From assembly GCF_044647545.1 (NCBI RefSeq), contig NZ_CP172818.1: a stretch of DNA of 64,000 nucleotides, one strand, 5' to 3'. Position 1 is the first letter of the stretch, and every line of letters begins with the position of its first letter. Position numbers and translations under genes: made by a program. This DNA is from Escherichia coli (GTDB lineage Bacteria; Pseudomonadota; Gammaproteobacteria; Enterobacterales; Enterobacteriaceae). Positions 55,397 to 64,000 of this stretch are shown piece after piece. Under the pieces are notes generated by a model. The model made no database searches, had not been told where the DNA came from, and was given only the letters and a program-made list of their open reading frames with translations.

Positions 55397-56203
55397 TTAA
55401 TAACCAGCTTTATCAATCACAAAGGTTTTGCCACAGTTGCCTGGGTGTGGTTGTGGCAAGAATGAGTTGGCAGAAAGCGGAGCGTTGATGGCGTCAGCTT
55501 TGATCGAGATCTGAATTTCAGTCAAATACGCAGGGTTACCCTGGCACGTTAGCTTAACTGCTTTCACGTTCTCTTTTCCCCAGCTTTTGGCAAAGGCGGC
55601 ATCAAAGTCACGGCGGCTCACTGTTTTACCGTAGTTATCCGCAAGGAATTTTCCGGCTTCGCTCTCTTTAATTTCTTGATTCAGGCGTACCATCGTGCCG
55701 AAGTATGCGTCTGGATCAAAACCAAAGCAGGCACCGTGTTTGGCATATTCGTAGCGTTCCAGGCAGGAACGTCCGCCAGCTCCTGGCATGACTTCACTTA
55801 GTTTAGCGGCCGTTTCCAGCGATAACCCGGTTTCCGGAGATGAACACATTCGGCTGGCGCGCGCTTCTGGTAGATTCGGGATTGGGCGAGTAGCGCAACC
55901 GAAGCGCATCCAGCGGCGTTCATCAACACCACGGGCAGCAACCGATTTAGGCAATCCTGGCCACAGACCATGTACGGTCAGAAAATCAGCTTTGTTGGTC
56001 GTTTCGGTTTGCAGGCGACATTCATCTCGTTCGTTACGATTTCGATCGTGTTGACTCTGGCAAAATCCGGTTTGCCAGGAGAGGGCCAGGACATAGCGAT
56101 CAAAATCGCCATACTGTTTTGCCTGCAACGCCACGGCGTTGGCAGAAGAGAAGGGAAGCAGAGAAACCGCGAGCAACGCGGCGTTACGCCAGAATGCTTT
56201 CAT
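55397..56203 (-). CDS. rna: Periplasmic ribonuclease I (RNase T2 family)
   Basis: Start at MKAFWRNAALLAVSLLPFSSANA (signal peptide), 268 aa; T2-family catalytic motifs VHGLWPG and YAKHGAC present. Confidence 0.9.
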   Translation of the reverse strand: MKAFWRNAALLAVSLLPFSSANAVALQAKQYGDFDRYVLALSWQTGFCQSQHDRNRNERDECRLQTETTNKADFLTVHGLWPGLPKSVAARGVDERRWMRFGCATRPIPNLPEARASRMCSSPETGLSLETAAKLSEVMPGAGGRSCLERYEYAKHGACFGFDPDAYFGTMVRLNQEIKESEAGKFLADNYGKTVSRRDFDAAFAKSWGKENVKAVKLTCQGNPAYLTEIQISIKADAINAPLSANSFLPQPHPGNCGKTFVIDKAGY

Positions 56204-56249
56204 AATGGGTGTGGAACTCATACATATACTGAATACTATCTATTAAATC

Positions 56250-56286
56250 ATAAAAAAGCCCGCCAGGTGGGCTTACCTGGCGGGCG
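56250..56286 (-). terminator. Rho-independent terminator downstream of citT (minus strand)
   Basis: Perfect 10-bp palindrome GCCCGCCAGG…CCTGGCGGGC; the minus-strand transcript continues into UUUUUUAU (plus-strand ATAAAAAA at 56251-56257). Confidence 0.6.
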
Positions 56287-56316
56287 TGATGATTTATTCA
56301 GCGTTTGGCGAACGTA

Positions 56317-57780
56317 TTAGTTCCACATGGCGAGAATCGGCCAGCCAACCAACAGCAGCATAGAGATGTAAATCACCCCGAAGATTGCACCAAGTCGCCA
56401 GTAATCTTTTGATTTCACATAGCCACAGCCGTAAATAATCACCCCAGGACCGGTTGCATACGGCGTCAGACAGCCCATGATACCGATAGACAGCACCAGC
56501 AGAATACACAGTTGTTCCATTGGTACGCCCGGAATACCTTTACCGACGGCCAGAATAACCGGCAGCATGGTTGCGGTGTGCGCAGACAGGCTGGCAAACA
56601 GGTAGTGTGCAAAGTAGAACACCAGAACCAGTACAATCACCGTTGCGTTTGGTGAGAAGCCTTCCAGGTGTGTACTCATCGTGTTGGCGAACCAGTCGAT
56701 AAAGCCAGAACGGGTCAGGCCATTCGCCATAACAACCAGCGTTGCCAGGTTGACCAGCGTGTTCCATGCGCTGTTATAGCGAGTAATGTCTTTCCACGGC
56801 ACAACGTGCAGCGCCAGCATCAGCGAAACTGCCAGCAGACCTACCGCAGTAGCATTAATGACTTCACTGCCAAATACCCACAAACCTAAGCTGAGCAATA
56901 CAAGGCCAATCAGCGTCCACTCTCTGCGCGTCAGCGCACCCATGGTTTTTAGTTCATCACCCGCCCAGGTTGCCACTTCTTCACTGTGTGTGATTTCCGG
57001 TTTGTACAGCACGTAGGAAAGCCACGGCGCAATGATAAGCAAGATAACCCCAACCGGCAGGAAGCAGAGGAACCACTGCAACCAGCTAATCTGGATACCA
57101 GCAATTTTGCTGACGAACTCCAGACCCAGCACGTTTGGTGCCGCACCGGTGACAAACATGGACGAACTCAGACTGGTACTAATGACCATCATCCACATCA
57201 AATAGCCGCCAATACGACGCGCGGACGGATCGTTCGGGAATGATTTAAACAGCGGCGGCAGGTTTTTAATGACCGGAAAAACCGTACCCCCGGTACGCGC
57301 GGTGTTGGACGGTGTAAACGGTGCCAGCAGAATGTCGATAATGACAATCGCATAACCCAACGTCAGCGTGCGTTTGCCCATGAATTTCACCAGGAAAAGG
57401 GCAATGCGACGACCTAACCCGGAAACTTCATACCCTAATGCAAAAATAAATGCGCCAAATACCAGCCATACCGTGGTGCTGGAAAAACCAGCCAGACCCC
57501 ATTTCAGCGCCTGTTTTTGCGCATTAAACGCTGGGTCAGCTAATTCTTTGGCATCAAAGAGCAGGTAATTACTGCCAATAACGCAAATAGTAACCGCAAT
57601 AAAACTGATCGCCGTTGCCGGAATTGGCTCGAGGATCATGCCGACAATCATTGCCACAAACACTGCAAAGTAATGCCACGCCTGCGGCGGCATACCGTCA
57701 GGTACAGGGATAAGAAACATGACACCCATCACCACCAGGGGCGCCAATAATTTCCATATATTATCTTTTGCTAAAGACAT
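56317..57780 (-). CDS. citT: Citrate:succinate antiporter (DASS family)
   Basis: 487-aa polytopic membrane protein recognised as CitT; last gene of the citCDEFXGT operon. Confidence 0.92.
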   Translation of the reverse strand: MSLAKDNIWKLLAPLVVMGVMFLIPVPDGMPPQAWHYFAVFVAMIVGMILEPIPATAISFIAVTICVIGSNYLLFDAKELADPAFNAQKQALKWGLAGFSSTTVWLVFGAFIFALGYEVSGLGRRIALFLVKFMGKRTLTLGYAIVIIDILLAPFTPSNTARTGGTVFPVIKNLPPLFKSFPNDPSARRIGGYLMWMMVISTSLSSSMFVTGAAPNVLGLEFVSKIAGIQISWLQWFLCFLPVGVILLIIAPWLSYVLYKPEITHSEEVATWAGDELKTMGALTRREWTLIGLVLLSLGLWVFGSEVINATAVGLLAVSLMLALHVVPWKDITRYNSAWNTLVNLATLVVMANGLTRSGFIDWFANTMSTHLEGFSPNATVIVLVLVFYFAHYLFASLSAHTATMLPVILAVGKGIPGVPMEQLCILLVLSIGIMGCLTPYATGPGVIIYGCGYVKSKDYWRLGAIFGVIYISMLLLVGWPILAMWN

Positions 57781-57829
57781 ACGGGTTCTCCGACAATTAA
57801 TATTCCAATTTTATCAAGTGCTTAAATTA

Positions 57830-59234
<1,405 letters not shown>

Positions 59235-59237
59235 GGC

Positions 59238-60770
59238 TTATTCCTTCACCTGATGCACAACATCGATCACCGAGCCATCGCGGTAACGCACAACGGCAAC
59301 GACGCGGTCGGTGAATTCAATCGGCTGTGGTTCACCGGTCAGCAGACGCGCACGTTCACGCAGCCACTCAATAGAAACCACTTTGATCCCCGCTTCCTGC
59401 AGACGTTCTGCCAGCTCCGGACGTGCCGGGTTAACAGCGATGCCGTGGTCTGTGACCAGAATATCGACACTGGAGCCCGGGGTGATGCAGGTCAGCACGT
59501 TATCCACCAGCGTCGGAATACGACCGCGTACCAGCGGCGCGACGATGATGGAAAGCGCAGAGGCAATCGCGGTATCGCAGTGACCACCGGAAGCACCACG
59601 CAGTACGCCGTCAGAGCCGGTCAGCACGTTAACGTTGAACTGGGTGTCAATTTCCAGCGCACTCAGTACCACCACGTCGAGACGATCAACCGATGCGCCT
59701 TTCGACCCCCAGTTAGCGTACTGGTTGGCGCTGATTTCGATGTGATTGGGGTTACGGGCCAGCGATTGCGCAGCATGGCTGTCAAAGCTCTGCACATCCA
59801 GCAGTTTGCGGATCAAACCTTTTTCGTGCAGCTCAACCATCGTTGCGGTAATACCGCCGAGGGCGAAGTCGGCGCGAATATCGCGGCTACGCATTTTGTC
59901 TTCCAGGAAACGGGTTACCGCCAGCGAAGCGCCGCCGGTGCCGGTCTGCATGGAGAAACCTTCTTTGAAGTAGCCAGAGTTAACAATCACATCCGCAGCG
60001 CTACGGGCAATAAGCAGTTCGCGCGGGTTAGTGGTCATACGGGTAGCACCAGCGCCGATTTTTGCAGCATCGCCAACGCGATCAACTTTGACGATCAGAT
60101 CAACCTGATCTTGCTCAATGCTTGCCGGATTATGCGGATAAGGCAGCAGTTCTTCGGTAAGCATCACGACCTGTTTTGCGTTGTCGGCATCAACCATTGC
60201 ATAGCCGAGGGAGCCGCAGCAGGCTTTACCGGAGTAGCCGTTGGCATTACCGAATTCATCACAGGACGGGACGCCGAGGAAAGCCACGTCGATATTCAGT
60301 TCGCCGCTCTGTACCAGATGCACACGTCCGCCGTGAGAGTGGATTTGCACCGGTTCCGCCAGCAGACCACGGGAGATTTCTTCCGCCAGTGGACCGCGCA
60401 GGCCAGAGGTATAAATGCGGGTAACCACGCCCTGGCGAATGTGTTCTACCAGCGGCGCATGGCAATCACTCAGGGAGCTGGAGGCCAGAGTCAGGTTTTT
60501 AAAGCCCATCTTCGCGATGACGTCCATCACCATATTGACGGTCAGGTCACCGCCACGGAAAGCGTGATGGAAGGAAACCGTCATACCGTCCTGTAAGCCA
60601 GAGCGACGAATCGCTTCTTCCAGGTTGGCGCACAGTTTGCGATCGCGCGCTTTTTCAGCCTGGTAGGTTTGCTTTGGCGAGTTCTGGAAAGCGGCAAGAT
60701 CGCATTCAGCGCGACGATTCCAGGCCGCTACCCGTTCTTGTCGTTGAGATTGTTCAATTTTCTGCGTCAT
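59238..60770 (-). CDS. citF: Citrate lyase alpha subunit (citrate CoA-transferase)
   Basis: 510-aa ORF recognised as CitF. Confidence 0.95.
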   Translation of the reverse strand: MTQKIEQSQRQERVAAWNRRAECDLAAFQNSPKQTYQAEKARDRKLCANLEEAIRRSGLQDGMTVSFHHAFRGGDLTVNMVMDVIAKMGFKNLTLASSSLSDCHAPLVEHIRQGVVTRIYTSGLRGPLAEEISRGLLAEPVQIHSHGGRVHLVQSGELNIDVAFLGVPSCDEFGNANGYSGKACCGSLGYAMVDADNAKQVVMLTEELLPYPHNPASIEQDQVDLIVKVDRVGDAAKIGAGATRMTTNPRELLIARSAADVIVNSGYFKEGFSMQTGTGGASLAVTRFLEDKMRSRDIRADFALGGITATMVELHEKGLIRKLLDVQSFDSHAAQSLARNPNHIEISANQYANWGSKGASVDRLDVVVLSALEIDTQFNVNVLTGSDGVLRGASGGHCDTAIASALSIIVAPLVRGRIPTLVDNVLTCITPGSSVDILVTDHGIAVNPARPELAERLQEAGIKVVSIEWLRERARLLTGEPQPIEFTDRVVAVVRYRDGSVIDVVHQVKE

Positions 60771-60780
60771 TTTGATTGCC

Positions 60781-61689
60781 TTATTCTTCGCGGATGCCGG
60801 AAAGTTCTGCGCGGGAGAGCACCAGACGGGCGCGATCGATAACCGGACCGTCTACCATCTTGCCGTTCAGGGAAACCACGCCGAGGCCTTCGCGAGCGGC
60901 GGCTTCAGCGGCTTCTACGACGCGGCGGGCGTGATCCACTTCTTTCTGAGTCGGTGCGTAGAGGTTGTGCAGCAGATCAATCTGACGCGGGTTGATCAGC
61001 GATTTGCCGTCAAAGCCCAGCTGTTTGATGTGGGCGGCTTCTTGCAGGAATCCGGCTTCGTTGTTAGCGTCGGAATAGACGGTATCGAACGCCTGAATAC
61101 CCGCAGAGCGCGCGGCCTGCAAAATGGAGCAGCGTGCGAACAGCAGTTCAGTTCCTTCCGGAGAGCGTTCTGTACGCAGGTTGCGCACATAGTCTTCTGC
61201 ACCGAGGGCGATACCGATCAAACGCTCGGAAGCGTGAGCGATTTCCACTGCGCGGGTAATGCCCAGCGGAGATTCAATCGCTGCCAGCAGGCCGGTGCTG
61301 CCGGGTTCACGACCACAGGCTTTTTCGATGCGCAGGATCTCTTTTTCGATATCCAGAACATCCTGAGCGGTATCGGTTTTCGGCAGACGCACAACGTCCG
61401 CACCACCGCGAACGACGGCTTCCAGGTCGTTAACACCCCATTCGGAATCCAGCGCGTTTACACGCACAATGGTTTCAATATCGCGATACAGCGGATGTTG
61501 CAGCGCGTGGTAAACCATGCGGCGGGCTGTGTCTTTTTCACGCAATGCCACGGAGTCTTCGAGGTCAAACATCAGGGCATCAGCCGGGTAGATGAATGAG
61601 TTGCTGACCATCGCGGCATTGGCACCTGGCACAAACAGCATGCTGCGGCGGGTGCGAGTTTTACGTTGTTGCAGCGAAGCGGAAATCAT
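60781..61689 (-). CDS. citE: Citrate lyase beta subunit (citryl-CoA lyase)
   Basis: Start at [22 protein letters not shown] (302 aa); HpcH/HpaI aldolase-like fold; overlaps the citD stop by 4 bp. Confidence 0.92.
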
Positions 61690-61982
61690 TGGCAATCCTC
61701 CCATGGCAGAGCCGGGATACCGCTGGCGCGTGCCAGCAGGGCTTCCAGTCGTGCACGTAAAATGCAGTCCAGTGCGCCTTTGTCATCGACATTCAGCTGT
61801 ACGCCGCGCACGTTGTAGCGGGCGAGAACGTCCAGAATGGTGGTGCGAATTGCATCGCCAAACTGTTTCTCAACGCTGCTGTTGATTTGCAGGTCGATAT
61901 CCTGCGTATCGAGTGGGGCGATGCGTATCATCACATCCCCAGACTCAAGGGTGCCTGCAACGGCGGGCTGGTTTATTTTCAT
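61686..61982 (-). CDS. citD: Citrate lyase gamma subunit (acyl carrier protein)
   Basis: 98-aa [26 protein letters not shown]… with the prosthetic-group serine context (GTLESGD). Confidence 0.9.
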
Positions 61983-61996
61983 TTTTCACCTGTTTC

Positions 61997-63055
61997 TCAT
62001 GCGGGGGTCTTTTGACGAGCTGCCGCGTCCTGGCGGGAGTGCTCAAGCAGGTTCTGCAAATAATGCAGCGTGACTGCAGGGACCAGCGGCGCGATAGCCG
62101 TGAGATCGTTTTTCGCCAGCAGTTGACGTACCCGGGAAGCGGATATCGGCATCTCCTGGTAACGCAGCCGCTCAATTTCAACCAGTTCGATGGGCGGTGC
62201 GGAGATAGTCGGCGTTTCCAGCCAGTAGCGCATATCCTGGTTGTACTGGGCGGTAACGCGACAAAAGGGTTCAGTACCGACAAAGCGGTGAGTTACACCC
62301 AGCGCGGGAGCGAGGTACTGACGGAAAATCTTCAGATCAATTTCGGTGTAACAATGGTTAATGACGCTCTGTTCTTTAATGAAGTAGCAAGGGAACGTAG
62401 CGCGGGAGATGATGTATTCGGAGCCGCGATGCACAGTCAGGCGTGGAATATCGGCGGTGCCTTTTAACACCAGATCCAGCCGGTCTTCATAGGGGAAGCG
62501 TGAAGAATCTTCTTTGACTAAAAACAGATGCAACCAGTCGCACTGTGCCGCAGCCTGTTGAATCAGATAACGGTGACCATTCGTAAAGGGATTGGCGTTC
62601 ATCACAATGCAGCCAATCTTGTTCCCTGGATGACGAAATTTTTTCAGCGATTCGGCATAGCGTTTCAGTCGCGTGGCGCTGTTTTCCATCAGCACCATCA
62701 CGCCGGGTACGCTGGTCAGCGTGGAAAAACCGCACTGGCGGAACAGCGCCTCGTATTCGGTTTTGGTATAAATAAACAGATGCGTGCTGTGCCGCTCATA
62801 GGCGAGGTTTATCAATTCAGTGGCTAATGTCAGCGCCAGTCCTTCACCGCGAACGGATTCACTGATAGCAACGCATTTAATAATATTTCCGGCAATTCCA
62901 CCGCACGCGATAAGCTTTTCATCGCGGGTTACGGTAATAAATACTTCGACTGTGGTGTCAACGCTCAAATCATTTTCATGCAGGAATTGGGCGATTTCCG
63001 CCATTTTTTTATTTTCTGAACGTTTTACACGGGTGAAAATATCATTGCCGAACAT
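61997..63055 (-). CDS. citC: [Citrate (pro-3S)-lyase] ligase
   Basis: Start at MFGNDIFTRVKRSENKKMAEIAQ (352 aa); the longer 381-aa track ORF start is rejected. Confidence 0.88.
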   Translation of the reverse strand: MFGNDIFTRVKRSENKKMAEIAQFLHENDLSVDTTVEVFITVTRDEKLIACGGIAGNIIKCVAISESVRGEGLALTLATELINLAYERHSTHLFIYTKTEYEALFRQCGFSTLTSVPGVMVLMENSATRLKRYAESLKKFRHPGNKIGCIVMNANPFTNGHRYLIQQAAAQCDWLHLFLVKEDSSRFPYEDRLDLVLKGTADIPRLTVHRGSEYIISRATFPCYFIKEQSVINHCYTEIDLKIFRQYLAPALGVTHRFVGTEPFCRVTAQYNQDMRYWLETPTISAPPIELVEIERLRYQEMPISASRVRQLLAKNDLTAIAPLVPAVTLHYLQNLLEHSRQDAAARQKTPA

Positions 63056-63213
63056 AATAAATAGTATCCTGAAGGTGCATGTTGTTATCGATTTGCAACG
63101 AATGTTGTTCGATGTTGCAAACTGATAACCTTTTATTTTCACTTGGGAGAAAGGGGGGCGATCGAGGTATATCTTTTTCTCCTTTCGCTATACATCCTAA
63201 GGAGTATTGCTGC

Positions 63214-63236
63214 GTGAAATTTTGATTTATTTCACA
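63214..63236. promoter_or_regulatory. Palindrome GTGAAAT-N8-ATTTCAC in the AT-rich citC/citA divergent control region (candidate regulator-binding site)
   Basis: Perfect 7-bp arms read directly; the right arm contains the TCACA half-site of a CRP-like motif; the region also carries repeated TTTAA/TTAAT motifs. Confidence 0.3.
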
Positions 63237-63434
63237 TAGAGTTAGTGGTTTTTTATTTATTTAATGGTTTTAAGTTTTTTAATTAATGTAATTACGAAAT
63301 GACCCGCAGGTTTAAGTGATTTAATTGATTTAATGAATAAAATTTGCCACGATTATATTTAATATCTATGTATTTTGATTCAACATTTTAATTACATCTG
63401 TCAAAGAGGCTCGGGACAACCCGCAAGGAAAACA

Positions 63435-64000
63435 ATGTTGCAGCTTAACGAGAATAAACAGTTTGCATTTTTCCAAAGACTGGCATTTCCGCTGCGTATC
63501 TTTTTGCTGATTCTGGTGTTCTCAATATTTGTCATTGCAGCCCTGGCGCAATATTTTACGGCCAGTTTTGAGGACTATTTAACGCTTCATGTGCGCGACA
63601 TGGCAATGAATCAGGCAAAAATTATTGCTTCTAATGACAGTATCATCAGCGCAGTGAAAACGCGTGACTACAAGAGGCTGGCGACCATCGCTGACAAATT
63701 ACAAAGAGATACTGATTTCGATTATGTGGTGATTGGCGATCGGCACTCGATTCGTCTTTACCATCCTAATCCGGAGAAAATTGGTTATCCTATGCAGTTC
63801 ACCAAACCGGGCGCGCTGGAGAAAGGGGAGAGCTACTTCATCACCGGGAAAGGGTCAATTGGCATGGCGATGCGTGCCAAAACGCCAATCTTTGATGACG
63901 ATGGAAAAGTCATCGGCGTGGTGTCGATTGGCTACCTGGTGAGTAAAATCGATAGCTGGCGGGCTGAGTTTTTATTACCGATGGCTGGCGTGTTTGTCGT
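63435..64000 (+). CDS. citA: Citrate-sensing histidine kinase, N-terminal part (continues beyond window end)
   Basis: ATG-initiated MLQLNENKQFAFFQRLAFPLRIFLLILVFSIFVIAALAQ… (TM1 then periplasmic PAS-like citrate-binding domain); open to the end of the window. Confidence 0.85.
   Translation, partial: MLQLNENKQFAFFQRLAFPLRIFLLILVFSIFVIAALAQYFTASFEDYLTLHVRDMAMNQAKIIASNDSIISAVKTRDYKRLATIADKLQRDTDFDYVVIGDRHSIRLYHPNPEKIGYPMQFTKPGALEKGESYFITGKGSIGMAMRAKTPIFDDDGKVIGVVSIGYLVSKIDSWRAEFLLPMAGVFV

Overview
This window reads as a contiguous, well-characterised stretch of Escherichia coli chromosome with K-12-like gene order, running from the 5' end of ompT (right edge of the DLP12 cryptic prophage) to the start of citA/dpiB. 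I found no clearly novel system; almost every ORF of meaningful length maps to a known gene. Gene identities come from reading the six-frame translations and recognising proteins and motifs from memory; no database search was run. Starts were chosen inside the supplied ORFs (the track treats GTG/TTG as Met), so start codons and regulatory-site coordinates may be off by a few bases. Content, in order: ompT 5' end and an argU tRNA 3' fragment (prophage attR), envY, the nfrB-nfrA-ybcH phage N4 receptor / polysaccharide secretion operon, cusRS and cusCFBA copper/silver efflux, pheP, ybdG (mscM), nfsB, ybdF-ybdJ-ybdK, the hokE/mokE/sokE type I toxin-antitoxin locus, the complete enterobactin cluster (entD, fepA, fes, ybdZ, entF, fepE, fepCGD, entS, fepB, entCEBAH) with Fur boxes at its three divergent promoters, cstA-ybdD, ybdH, ybdL, ybdM-ybdN-ybdO, dsbG, ahpCF, uspG, rnk, rna, and the citrate lyase operon citCDEFXGT with divergent citA. 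There is no CRISPR array, no rRNA, no intact tRNA and no intact IS element. The most under-described biology here is (1) the AT-rich ybdO-ybdN-ybdM islet, a ParB/Srx-like plus PAPS-reductase-like overlapping pair, (2) the nfrB-nfrA-ybcH module, (3) a structured GC-rich inverted-repeat element between cstA and ybdD, and (4) hokE/sokE. The 120-bp hokE-entD spacer leaves no room for the IS186 copy that, as I recall, K-12 MG1655 carries there, so this is probably not MG1655.
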